A DNA stretch of 64,000 nt from an uncultured Candidatus Rokubacteria bacterium. GTDB taxonomy: Bacteria; Methylomirabilota; Methylomirabilia; Rokubacteriales; CSP1-6. Under the pieces are notes generated by a model. The model was not told the origin of the DNA, did no database searches, and worked only from the letters and a program-made list of their open reading frames with translations. Location: positions 448,001-512,000 of the forward strand of contig CAVWFS010000008.1 in NCBI GenBank assembly GCA_963754315.1, written 5' to 3'. This document shows positions 47,113-56,636 of the stretch, in pieces (the stretch's first letter is position 1; every line of letters starts with the position of its first letter). The position numbers and the translations under genes were made by a program.

Positions 47113-48345
47113 TCAGTGCACGGTGCCGGGGGCCTCGCGAGCGGCGCGGCCAATGCCGATCCGCCGGGCCATGCTGATGCGCTGGATATCCGCCGTCCCG
47201 CCCGGATGCACGGCGACGATCCCGTTGCGCTGCTGCAACTCTAGAAAGCCTTCGGGCGACCCCCAGGTCTCGTCGCTGGTGAGGGCGACCGATCCAACTG
47301 CTTCGAGAATGGCGCCCGTCATCCACAGGCCCGTCATCTTGCGGTAGTAGGAAAGCTGGGGACCCTCGTACGAGCGCGCCCGGCCCGAATAGGTCAGCCA
47401 GAAGTTGCGCAGACCGAACAGCCGCATCACCTCGGTCTTGATGTAGATGTCGGCCAGCAGGTCACGGGTGTCCGGGTGCTGGCTGAGGGGCACCCCGTCG
47501 CGCTTGGTGTCCTGGCAGTACCGCAGCAGCCGGTCCCAGACGCGATGCCGACCGATGCGTCCCCCCGCGCCGTGTTCAAGCTCGAGGTGGGTGCTGGCCG
47601 CCTTCCAGCCGTTGTTCTCACCTCCGACGAGGGTGAAGGCGGGCACGCGCACCTGATCGAAGAAGACGGTGTTCTTCACGACTGGATCGGTGCCGCCCTC
47701 GCCTCCCGTGCCCAGCAGCTCCATGGGCTGGACGGTGATACCGGGCAGGGCAGCATCGATCATGAACCAGGAGACGTTCTCGTGACGGGGCCCCCCGGGC
47801 CTGGTGCAGGCGATCATCCAGATCCGCTCGGCGCCGTGGTCGCTGCCGACAAAAATCTTCTGGCCGTTGATGACGTACTCGTCGCCATCACGGATGGCCG
47901 TGGTGGTTACTCCTGCCAGGTCGGAGCCCGCTCCCGGCTCGGTGAGAAGCTGCCAGGTGCGCACTTCGCCCCGATAGATCGGCGGAAGGAACACCTGCCG
48001 CTGCTCCTCGGTACCCCACACCATGATGGTGGCCGAGCCGAGCCGTCCGCCGCTGTCGTAGTACGGCGGCAGCGAGAGACCCAGCCGGTCGACCTCCTCC
48101 TCGAGGATGATCGTGTGATCCACATCGAGTCCCCCGCCGCCATACTGGACGGGCGTTCGTGGATAGAGCCATCCCTTGGCTCCGAGCTTGCGCCCGAAGG
48201 CGCGAAGCTCTCGATAGCGCTGGAGACTGTCTTCGGCGGAGGCGGGTGTGCGCGTAAGACCGGCGGTCGCGTTGGCCTCGAGCCAGGCTCGCACCTCACG
48301 GCGAAACCGCTGCTGCTCTTGGGTATATGTGACCTCGAAATCCAT
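47113..48345 (-). CDS. Acyl-CoA dehydrogenase family protein
   Basis: LTEPGAGSDLA, INGQKIF, FFDQVRVP, GGENNGW, GGT..IQR. Confidence 0.92.
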   Translation of the reverse strand: MDFEVTYTQEQQRFRREVRAWLEANATAGLTRTPASAEDSLQRYRELRAFGRKLGAKGWLYPRTPVQYGGGGLDVDHTIILEEEVDRLGLSLPPYYDSGGRLGSATIMVWGTEEQRQVFLPPIYRGEVRTWQLLTEPGAGSDLAGVTTTAIRDGDEYVINGQKIFVGSDHGAERIWMIACTRPGGPRHENVSWFMIDAALPGITVQPMELLGTGGEGGTDPVVKNTVFFDQVRVPAFTLVGGENNGWKAASTHLELEHGAGGRIGRHRVWDRLLRYCQDTKRDGVPLSQHPDTRDLLADIYIKTEVMRLFGLRNFWLTYSGRARSYEGPQLSYYRKMTGLWMTGAILEAVGSVALTSDETWGSPEGFLELQQRNGIVAVHPGGTADIQRISMARRIGIGRAAREAPGTVH

Positions 48346-48351
48346 AGGACC

Positions 48352-49632
48352 TCACACTGTCTGCAAGATCTCGGTGGCGGGGACGTCTCGTGCCAGGATC
48401 TCGCGCCAGTTGGCGTCGCGTGACAGCACCCCCTCAGAGGCCCGGAGCCCGTAGTAGCTGGGGTTGATACCGCGCGGTGTTCCGCCCTGCTCCACCGTTG
48501 TGACCGCCTGCAGGAGCAGGCGACGGGCCTGGATCACGGCCTTATCAGCGGGGCCGAGGTGTTCGCGGCTGCGATCGACCACTCGCCCCATGCTCTCCTG
48601 AATGGCCCGGTCCTGGGCATTGATCCCATCGATGCCGGTGAACGTCTCGGTCTTCTGAACGTGCCGATCGAGCAGGTAGTTGTTCAGACGATTGCGCCGG
48701 GAGCGAAACGTGGTCTGGTCGACGTCCGCGGGCCCGTTGCCCAGCCGGCGCTCGAGCCGGTCCTCGTCACTGAGGGGCTCGCGGGTTGTGCTGTATTCCC
48801 AGTTGAACACCATGGTGGTCTCGTCGTCCATGGGTACCCAGATGTGCCCGGCGACGGCCGGGACATCCCCATCCGTTCGAGAGGGACGGATCTGGTGGAA
48901 AGGCAAGATGAAATGATAGGTACGGATGTAGACGTCGGCCTCGTCGAGCGGCCGGATGCCCGCGTACTGGTAGCCATAGTCAGTCAGGTCGACGACGAGC
49001 CGGGGGGCCTTCCCTCTTACAAACGGATTCGCCGGCTTGAACCCCGGGCGACGAGACCCCGGAGCGATCACGCGGTGCAGGATGGGCGCATGCGAGGTAT
49101 CGATCCCGCCTTCGAGCCCCTGCAGCCAGTTGGTCTCTTGGATCACCTTGGAGATGTGACGATGGGTGGCGGGCATCTCGGTCCAGGCGAACTGGGGCAG
49201 GGGTGGCTGCAGCGCGGGGGGGCCCATGTATGCCCAGATGACTCCCCCCAGCTCGACCATGGGGTAGGCGGTAGTGCTGATCTTGTGCGCAAAGCCGAGC
49301 TCTTCCGGCTCGTTCATCATGTCCACGCACTGGCCGGTCGTGTCGAACTTCCACCCGTGATACACGCAGCGCAGTCCGCAGTCCTCGTTTCGGCCGAAGA
49401 ACAAGGATGCCCGTCGGTGTGGACAGTACTCGTCGAGCAGGCCGAGCGTGCCACGCGTGTCCCGGAAGGCGATGAGATCCTCGCCGAGTAGCTTGACGCG
49501 GACAGGTGGACAATCGGGCTCGGGCAACTCCCAGGCGAGTAGCGCGGGAATCCAGTACCGCCGCATCGTCGTGCCCATCGGCGTGCCGGGACCCACTTTG
49601 GTGAGCCGCGCGTTGTCCTCGCGTGACAGCAT
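48352..49632 (-). CDS. Rieske non-heme iron oxygenase (phthalate 4,5-dioxygenase / LigXa-like)
   Basis: CPHR...C.YHGWKF Rieske motif; E...DTSH...LH iron site; QD.A.QESMG. Confidence 0.92.
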   Translation of the reverse strand: MLSREDNARLTKVGPGTPMGTTMRRYWIPALLAWELPEPDCPPVRVKLLGEDLIAFRDTRGTLGLLDEYCPHRRASLFFGRNEDCGLRCVYHGWKFDTTGQCVDMMNEPEELGFAHKISTTAYPMVELGGVIWAYMGPPALQPPLPQFAWTEMPATHRHISKVIQETNWLQGLEGGIDTSHAPILHRVIAPGSRRPGFKPANPFVRGKAPRLVVDLTDYGYQYAGIRPLDEADVYIRTYHFILPFHQIRPSRTDGDVPAVAGHIWVPMDDETTMVFNWEYSTTREPLSDEDRLERRLGNGPADVDQTTFRSRRNRLNNYLLDRHVQKTETFTGIDGINAQDRAIQESMGRVVDRSREHLGPADKAVIQARRLLLQAVTTVEQGGTPRGINPSYYGLRASEGVLSRDANWREILARDVPATEILQTV

Positions 49633-49653
49633 GATTGACGACTCCTTTCATGG

Positions 49654-49843
49654 GGGGCCTCGAAAGGGCCCCCCAGAGCCCCCCAACGTTCGGGGTGCCC
49701 CGGGAAACCCGTGGCACCCCTCTGGATTGCGCCAGGTGCTCGGGGCCTCGAAAGGGCCCCCCAAGCCCCCCAACGTTCGGGGTGCCCCGGGAAACCCGTG
49801 GCACCCCTCTGGATTGCGCCAGGTGCTCGGGGCCTCGAAGGCC
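49654..49843. repeat. Tandem array of about 2.2 copies of an 87-88 bp three-hairpin unit
   Basis: Units 49654-49741 and 49742-49828 are identical except one base; partial third unit from 49829. Confidence 0.92.
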
Positions 49844-49960
49844 GGCTGACGCCTCTGAGCTTGCTCTATCCGAGGCTACGGCGAATGTCAACGGTCCCCG
49901 CCGGCGATCCACTACAGGGCCGCTCGACCGTGTACCATCTCTGACGACCATGCCGCGCCC

Positions 49961-51262
49961 ATGCACTTCGCCCAGTACCTGATGCACAGCCCGACGTATC
50001 ACAGCATTGCCATGTGGCGCCATCCGCGGACGGACCGGAGCTACGACTGGCGCCGTCCCGAGCTGTACCAGCACATTGCCCAGGTGTGCGAGCGGGGCAA
50101 GCTCGACATGGTGTTCTTCGCGGACTTCAACTACATCTTCGATCGCTACCAGGGCTCGCCGGACATGGCTCTCCGCTACGCCACTCAGACTCCCATGCAC
50201 GATCCCGTGCCCCTGCTGTCCTGGATGGGGGCGGCCACCACGAGAATCGGCCTTGCTACCACCTTTGCCGTGAGTCACCAGCACCCCTTCTATGTGGCCC
50301 GCCTGTTCGCGACCCTCGATCACCTCACGCGTGGACGGGTAGGTTGGAACATCGTAACGTTTGCCAATCGCCACCAGACAACCAGCGACTACCCCGAACC
50401 CACCGAGCACGATGCTCGCTACGAGCGGGCCGACGAGTTCGTCGACGTGTGCTATCGGCTGTGGGACAGCTGGGACGACGATGCGCTGGTGATGGACCGT
50501 GAGGCCGGAATCTTCGCCGACCCGGCCAAGATCCGGCGCCTCGACCACGATGGCCGCTTCTTCCGGTCGCACGGGCCCTTGCACGTCACGCCCTCGCCCC
50601 AGCGCCGGCCAGTCATCATCCAGGCGGGCGCCTCCGGGCGCGGGCGAGATTTTGCCGCCAAGCACGCCGAGGTCATCTTCGCCATCCAACCGTTCGTGGA
50701 AGGTGCGACCGCCTACTACCGCGATGTCAAGCAGCGCATGGGCGAGCTGGGTCGGCGTGCGAGCGACTGCAAGATCCTCTTCGGCGTGCAGATCTTCGTG
50801 GCCGAGACGGCGGGGGCCGCGCGTGACAAGCAGGATCTGCACAATAGCCTCGTCCCCCTCGAAGGCGCGGTGGCCCATCTGTCGGGGGCCCTCGACACCG
50901 ACCTCTCCACCGTGCCTCTGGACACGGTGATGCGTCCGTTCGAGGCCACCCGCTCGCAAGGCGTCGTCGACATGTACACCCGCGTTGCCGGGCGCACCTT
51001 GACGCTCAGGGAGATGGCCCTCCGTCACGGGCAGAGCGTGGGGTTTCCCCAACTCGTCGGCACGCCCGAGCAGGTGGCCGATCAGCTCGAGGACTACTAC
51101 GAGCGGGCTGGCGGTGACGGCTTCATGCTCACCATGGCCTACGCCCCCGCCGCCGTCGAGGAGTTCGTCTCCATGGTCGTGCCCGTCCTGCAACGGCGCG
51201 GCCGCTTGCGCGCAGACTATCGTGGCTCCACCCTGCGCGAGATTCTTCGCGAGAACGACTGA
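49961..51262 (+). CDS. NtaA/DmoA/SnaA family FMN-dependent monooxygenase (LLM class)
   Basis: WRHP, ERGKLDMVFFAD, ARLFATLDHLTRGRVGWNIVT, PSPQRRPVIIQAGAS..GRDFAAKHAE. Confidence 0.92.
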   Translation: MHFAQYLMHSPTYHSIAMWRHPRTDRSYDWRRPELYQHIAQVCERGKLDMVFFADFNYIFDRYQGSPDMALRYATQTPMHDPVPLLSWMGAATTRIGLATTFAVSHQHPFYVARLFATLDHLTRGRVGWNIVTFANRHQTTSDYPEPTEHDARYERADEFVDVCYRLWDSWDDDALVMDREAGIFADPAKIRRLDHDGRFFRSHGPLHVTPSPQRRPVIIQAGASGRGRDFAAKHAEVIFAIQPFVEGATAYYRDVKQRMGELGRRASDCKILFGVQIFVAETAGAARDKQDLHNSLVPLEGAVAHLSGALDTDLSTVPLDTVMRPFEATRSQGVVDMYTRVAGRTLTLREMALRHGQSVGFPQLVGTPEQVADQLEDYYERAGGDGFMLTMAYAPAAVEEFVSMVVPVLQRRGRLRADYRGSTLREILREND

Positions 51263-51282
51263 GCGACAGCGCGAGATACGGA

Positions 51283-52378
51283 ATGTCGGTGCCTCCGGCC
51301 CTCGTCGACGACATCGGCGTGCTCCTGGCGCCCCTGCTGGAAACGCTCGATCGTGTAGCAGTGGGTGCAGAGGCACCTCCATCCACCGCGAGCGGAGCGC
51401 CTGGCCGAGGCCCTTGCTCCGGGGCGGGATGAGCTCACCCGGGTGCGCCGCACCCTGGACGGGTTCGACTGGCCGGTCGAGCTCTCCTTCATGCGCGATC
51501 GGCTGCATGAGGTAACCGACCAGACCCTGGACCTGGTGACGAGGTTCATCGCGGCCACCCGCTCGCCCGACGAGCCAATCGGGCTCTACCGGGCTCTGCG
51601 CCCCTTCGCGAGGATTCAGGAGGCACTCTACCCGCTAACCGCCTTCTTCGAGTCGGTCAGCCTGTGGTTCCTCGAGCCGGGGCGACGAGATCGCGCTGCC
51701 CTCACCCGCCTTCATGGGGCGGCCGAGCGCGCCGATGAAGCCCGGGTCGGAGTACTGCACACCTCGAACGAGCGCGACACCCGGGGAGGATTCTCCCTCT
51801 ATGTGCCCGAGCAGTGGGATGGACGAGCCGCGATGCCGCTGGTGGTGGCTCTTCACGGCGGCCACGGACATGGCCGTGACTTTCTGTGGAGTTGGCTGCG
51901 CGAGGCGCGCTCGCGCGGCATGCTCTTGCTCAGCCCCACCTCGCGCGAGCGCACCTGGTCGATCATGGGCGGGCCGGACGTGGACACGCTCGCGCTGCGC
52001 GAGATGGTCGCCTCGGTGGCTGGGCGCTATCCGGTCGACCGCGCGCGAGTGCTGCTGACCGGCATGTCCGATGGCGCCACCTATGCGCTCCTGTGCGGCC
52101 TCGGCGAGCACATGCCGTTCACCCACCTGGCACCCGCATGTGGCGTGTTGCACCCCTTCCTGTTCGGCAACGGCGGGATCGACCGTGCGCGCGGTCGGCC
52201 GATCTACCTGATCCACGGGGCGCTCGACTGGATGTTCCCCCTTCACATCGCCCGCATGGCACGCGAAACCTTGCTGGCCGCGGGCGCCCGGCTCGTCTAC
52301 CGGGAGATCGAGGACCTGTCTCACACATATCCGCGCGACGAGAACCCGCGGATCCTCGACTGGCTGATGGCCGAGTAG
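51283..52378 (+). CDS. Alpha/beta hydrolase (phospholipase/carboxylesterase-like) with helical N-terminal domain; frameshift near 51358
   Basis: LVVALHGG, GMSDG nucleophile elbow, HG..D, LSHTY; upstream frame MSVPPALVDDIGVLLAPLLETLDRV from ATG 51283. Confidence 0.8.
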
Positions 52379-52399
52379 GCTCTTCCTCGGCAGTGAGCG

Positions 52400-53518
52400 T
52401 TACGGCCTGAGGATCACGCGCGTGGCCGCCGTCCCGCTGTTCTTTCCCTGCCACTCGGCAAGCTCGAAAGCCTTGTTGATCTCCTGCAGGGGAAAGCTGT
52501 GGGACACCACATTCGAGAGTGGGTACTTGTCCTTGGTCCTGACCAGCAGGTCCAGCGCGCTCGGGATGATCCAGGGGTTGTAGTGCATGAGACCCCGCCA
52601 CGTGATCTGCTGGCTGATGATCTTGGTCGCGGGCAGGGTGACGGTCTGGGGCACGATGTTACCGATGTCGACGTAGGTGCCGTTGATGCGGACCATGTCG
52701 AGCCCTTCGATGGTCGCGGCGGCGATCCCGACCACCTCGACGACAACGTCCGCTCCGCGGCCGTCCGTGAGTTCCCTGACCCGCTGTACGCGGGCCTCCG
52801 GGGTTGGGAAGTCGTTCATGTCGATGACGTCGGTCGCCCCACACCGCCGGGCCAGCTCGAGCCGTGGCCGTTGCCGGTCGATCGAAATGACCTTGGAGGC
52901 CCCCTTCTCCGCGCACACGGCGGCAGCGTAGATGCCGAGGCCGCCCGCGCCCTGTATCGCCACCACATCGCCGAACTTCATGTCGGCGTGCTCGATCCCA
53001 TGCAGCACCTGGCACAGGGCACAGTTGACCGGCGCGATGGCTTCGTCGGGGAGGATGTCCGGGGCCTTGAATACGTAGTGACCGGGCGGAAGGTAGTAGA
53101 AATCCGCGTAGCCGCCGTCACAGTAGGGATACTGATCCAGGTTGAACTGCATGCTCTTCCGCTGGCGGTGCGGGCAGGCGTGGTGCTCTCCCCTGACGCA
53201 CCAGTAGCACCGATGACAGGGGTTGAAGAAGGGAAAGACGACTCGATCGCCTTCCCGCAGCGGCCGTCGCAGCGAATCCTCGTGGACACCCCGACCGAGG
53301 CTGTGGACGACGCCCGTGAACTCGTGCCCGGGCACTCGACGCAGGGGCGGACCCTGGTAGTTGCCGTCGTTGCGCCAATAGTGAAGATCGGATCCGCAAA
53401 TGGCGGCGGCGGTGTTCCTGATGAGAATGCCACCGGGCTCGACCTCCGGCGTGGGCAGGGTTTCGAGCTCGAGCGGCTTCCCCGGCTGGACGAGCACGGC
53501 CGTCAATCCCTTGGGCAC
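52400..53518 (-). CDS. Zinc-binding alcohol dehydrogenase (MDR family)
   Basis: ICGSD, GHE, C..C..C.......C structural zinc, GAGGLG; GAGGGAGG RBS before GTG 53518. Confidence 0.92.
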   Translation of the reverse strand: MPKGLTAVLVQPGKPLELETLPTPEVEPGGILIRNTAAAICGSDLHYWRNDGNYQGPPLRRVPGHEFTGVVHSLGRGVHEDSLRRPLREGDRVVFPFFNPCHRCYWCVRGEHHACPHRQRKSMQFNLDQYPYCDGGYADFYYLPPGHYVFKAPDILPDEAIAPVNCALCQVLHGIEHADMKFGDVVAIQGAGGLGIYAAAVCAEKGASKVISIDRQRPRLELARRCGATDVIDMNDFPTPEARVQRVRELTDGRGADVVVEVVGIAAATIEGLDMVRINGTYVDIGNIVPQTVTLPATKIISQQITWRGLMHYNPWIIPSALDLLVRTKDKYPLSNVVSHSFPLQEINKAFELAEWQGKNSGTAATRVILRP

Positions 53519-53731
53519 AGGGTTCCCTCCCTCGAACGTGCGACAGCTGGGTCCGCGATCGGCAACGACCGACCTCGATCGACCAATGCCTATCGTACTC
53601 CAGCCCAATCGGCACGGCCATTGAGCGGGTCGACATGGGAGCACAACCGGCAGCGCCGGCCTTGCGGCTTGGCTCTGTCTACCGAAGGATACACTTGAAG
53701 GATAGCGCTCCTCTGGTGTACTGCTAGCGGC

Positions 53732-54160
53732 ATGTCGCCGTCCGAGTATCAGGACCTCGTCGCCTTCTTGGGCGAGCGCTTCGAAGTGATCGACCAGCGC
53801 TTCGAGGCCATGGATCGGCGCTTCGAAGTGATCGACCAGCGCTTCGAGGCCATGGATCGGCGCTTCGAAGTGATCGACCAGCGCTTCGAGGCCATGGATC
53901 GGCGCTTCGAGAGCCTGCATGGAGAGTTCGTCGAACTGAGAGGCGATCTGCTCCGTCACTTTGATCAGCTCTATCGACGTCTGGAGCGACTGGAGCAGGA
54001 ATACCAGGCGATCACCCAGGCACTCCGACGCATTGAGACACTACTGGCCGACGAACGTGGTCGCCGGGAGATTCTCGAACGCGAGCTGGCGGCGCTCAAG
54101 GAGAACGTCGCCGTGCTCAAGGCGAGAATCGACGAGGTCGAGCGCCGCCTCCAATCGTAG
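53732..54160 (+). CDS. Coiled-coil hypothetical protein with internal heptad repeats
   Basis: (RFEVIDQRFEAMDR)x3 followed by continuous heptad pattern. Confidence 0.78.
   Translation: MSPSEYQDLVAFLGERFEVIDQRFEAMDRRFEVIDQRFEAMDRRFEVIDQRFEAMDRRFESLHGEFVELRGDLLRHFDQLYRRLERLEQEYQAITQALRRIETLLADERGRREILERELAALKENVAVLKARIDEVERRLQS
53777..53910 (+). repeat. Perfect 42 bp tandem repeat x3 (two 21 bp sub-units each), in frame
   Basis: cgcttcgaagtgatcgaccagcgcttcgaggccatggatcgg at 53777, 53819 and 53861. Confidence 0.95.
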
Positions 54161-54180
54161 CGGCCCGGTAACCCGGGCCG
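54161..54180. terminator. Hairpin between convergent genes (possible terminator)
   Basis: CGGCCCGG-TAAC-CCGGGCCG; no U-tract. Confidence 0.45.
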
Positions 54181-54187
54181 GCTCGTC

Positions 54188-55621
54188 CTAACTTGCGACG
54201 GCTGGTTTTCGCGCAATCCACGGGCGCGCCTTCTCGATCTGCCCGGCCAGACGGAAGAGTGTGGCCTCATCGCCAAAGCGGCCTACCAGCTGCACCGCCA
54301 CGGGCAGGCCTTCGACGGATTGGCCGAGAGGGAGCATCATGGCCGGCTGGCCCGTGATGTTGAACCACACCGTGAACGGCGAGAAGGCGAAGACGCGGCG
54401 CCAGTACTCGTCGACGTCCTCCATCATCATGTCCAGCCAGCCGAGCTTCACGGGCAAGCTGGCCAGGCCGGGCGTGAGGAGAACGTCGTGACGGTCGTGA
54501 AACGCCGCCATCTGACGGCCGAGCCGGTGGGCCGTCTGGGTCGCCCGCACGTAATCGGCGCCTGTCACTTTCTCGCCCTTCTGCCCGGTTAGCCACGTTA
54601 TCCGCTCGACTTCTTCGGCCCGAGCCGCCCGGCCGGCCGTTGGATGGCTGGCAAGGTTCACCACAGTATTGGCAGAAGCCAGGGTGAGGAAGGTGGGAAC
54701 GATGTCGGCTCCATCGACGTTGGGATCCGCTTCCTCGACGCGATGCCCAAGGTCTGTGCAGAGCCTGACCGTCTCCGTCAGCGTCTTGAGGTTCTCCGCA
54801 TCGATGGTTGCACCATTCGGAGCCTTCGCCGTCCAGGCGATGCGAAGTTGTCCCGCTGCGGCGCCCACCTCTTCGAGGTACGGTCGTGTCGGGGCGGGCG
54901 CGGCGTACGGATCGCCGGCCCCCGGCCACCCGGTAATGTCGAGAAGCGCTGCGCAATCGCGAACGGTCAGGGTCACGGCATGCTCGGTCGATAGTCCACC
55001 AAGCCCTTCGCCCGCAAATGGGGCGAACGTGTTGCGGGCGCGGGAGGGCTTGAGACCGACAAGCCCGCAGCAGGCAGCCGGAGCGCGGATCGAGCCGAAC
55101 CCATCGCTGGCGTGCGCCATGGGGACCATGCGCGACCCCACGGCGGCGGCGGCGCCGCCACTGGAGCCCCCCGAGATGCGCGTGAGGTCCCAGGGATTCT
55201 TCGTCGGTCCATACAACTGCGGTTCGCAGGTGAGGCTGAGTCCCATCTCACACGTGTTCGTCCGGCCGAAGATGACCAGACCAGCGCCCCGGAGGCGCCT
55301 GACGTGCTCGCTGTCGGCGGTCGCCGGCGGTGCGCTGACGAAGAAGCGTGAGCCACGCGTCATGGGCACTCCGGCGATGGATGCCGTCAGATCTTTCATC
55401 AGGTACGGTACCCCCTGAAACGGTCCCTCGGGAAGCCCGCCCGCGATGGTCTGCCGAGCCAGGTCGTAGAGCTTGATCACCACGGCGTTCACGCGCGAAT
55501 TGCGTTGCTCCACGCGCTCGATGGCCGCCTCCAGCAATTCGCGCGGCGTGACCTGACGTCGCCGCACGAGATCGGCCAGCCCCAGGGCGTCATACTTCTC
55601 GTACTCTGCGAATCCTTGCAT
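54188..55621 (-). CDS. Amidase (amidase signature family)
   Basis: GVPYLMKD, GGSSGG, SDGFGSIRAPA. Confidence 0.92.
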   Translation of the reverse strand: MQGFAEYEKYDALGLADLVRRRQVTPRELLEAAIERVEQRNSRVNAVVIKLYDLARQTIAGGLPEGPFQGVPYLMKDLTASIAGVPMTRGSRFFVSAPPATADSEHVRRLRGAGLVIFGRTNTCEMGLSLTCEPQLYGPTKNPWDLTRISGGSSGGAAAAVGSRMVPMAHASDGFGSIRAPAACCGLVGLKPSRARNTFAPFAGEGLGGLSTEHAVTLTVRDCAALLDITGWPGAGDPYAAPAPTRPYLEEVGAAAGQLRIAWTAKAPNGATIDAENLKTLTETVRLCTDLGHRVEEADPNVDGADIVPTFLTLASANTVVNLASHPTAGRAARAEEVERITWLTGQKGEKVTGADYVRATQTAHRLGRQMAAFHDRHDVLLTPGLASLPVKLGWLDMMMEDVDEYWRRVFAFSPFTVWFNITGQPAMMLPLGQSVEGLPVAVQLVGRFGDEATLFRLAGQIEKARPWIARKPAVAS

Positions 55622-55748
55622 GGCTCTGTCTCCCGACCACGATGATGCCACGGCCTGACGCGCGGCCAGAGCACGCCCGGACCAGCGCATCTTGCCAGGG
55701 ACGGCGACCTGCCCGATGATGCTAGGACACTGCTGACGGGAGGTACCC

Positions 55749-56627
55749 GTGAACGCGATCCAGCTTGGCCCGGTGACGATCTCCCGTGTGGTGGAGATCG
55801 GCCGCTCGTCCTATCCGACCGCGATGATGCTGCCAGACTCCACGCCGGCGGCAATCGCCTCCCACCTTTCCTGGCTCAAGCCCGATTTCTTCGACGACGT
55901 GACCGGCGACATCGGCTCCCGCATTCAGACGTACATCGTGCGGACGCCCCAGCACACGATTCTCGTGGACACCGGAGTCGGCAACGATAAGCACCGCGAC
56001 GAGAACGCGGCCTGGCACTTGCGCCAGGGGACATACCTGGCGGACCTCGCGGCGGCCGGCGTCACCCCTGACGGGGTCGACTACGTCCTGTGTACGCACA
56101 TGCACGTCGACCACGTGGGCTGGAACACGCGTCTCGTCGATGGTCGCTGGGTGCCGACATTTCCACGCGCCACGTACATCTTCGTCGGCGAGGAGTGGGA
56201 TTTCTGGCAGCACGAGAGCAAGACGGGGAAGGAGACGTGGGGCTGCATCGACGACAGTGTCTTTCCCATCGTGAGTGCCGGTCAGGCCAAGCTCGTGGAG
56301 AGCGACTACGCCGTGGACGAATACCTTCGCTTCGAGCCGTGGCGCGGACATACGCCGGGCCACGCAGCCATCCGTCTCCAGACGCCGGCGGGAGCCGTCC
56401 TCTTCTCGGGTGACCTCATGCATCGGGTCGTGCAGGTTGCTGAGCCACAGTGGAGCAGCCAGTTCTGCTACGATCCTCGCCTGGCTGCCGACACGCGACG
56501 GGAATTCATCGATCGTCACGCGGACTCTGGGGTGCTCATCCTGGCCGCGCACTTCCCGCGCCCGGGCTACATCGTGCGGGAGGCTGGCGGTTGTCGCTTC
56601 GTCCGCGCTCGTGGTCCGAGGGAGTGA
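55749..56627 (+). CDS. MBL-fold metallo-hydrolase
   Basis: THMHVDHVG, GHTPGH, GDLMH, AHF. Confidence 0.92.
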   Translation: MNAIQLGPVTISRVVEIGRSSYPTAMMLPDSTPAAIASHLSWLKPDFFDDVTGDIGSRIQTYIVRTPQHTILVDTGVGNDKHRDENAAWHLRQGTYLADLAAAGVTPDGVDYVLCTHMHVDHVGWNTRLVDGRWVPTFPRATYIFVGEEWDFWQHESKTGKETWGCIDDSVFPIVSAGQAKLVESDYAVDEYLRFEPWRGHTPGHAAIRLQTPAGAVLFSGDLMHRVVQVAEPQWSSQFCYDPRLAADTRREFIDRHADSGVLILAAHFPRPGYIVREAGGCRFVRARGPRE

Positions 56628-56636
56628 GGGATTCCG

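Noticed and set aside
49654..49843. Possible CRISPR array
   Set aside because: Units are contiguous near-identical 87-88 bp repeats with no unique spacers, and no cas genes are present
48980..51508. 842 aa minus-strand ORF, and similar long shadow ORFs such as 55722-57767 and 60299-61819
   Set aside because: Antisense or off-frame to well-supported genes, with no motifs; expected in high-GC DNA
53519..53959. N-terminal repeat extension on the zinc dehydrogenase (ORF 52400-53959)
   Set aside because: It is the antisense reading of the coiled-coil gene; an RBS and GTG at 53518 give a normal-length enzyme
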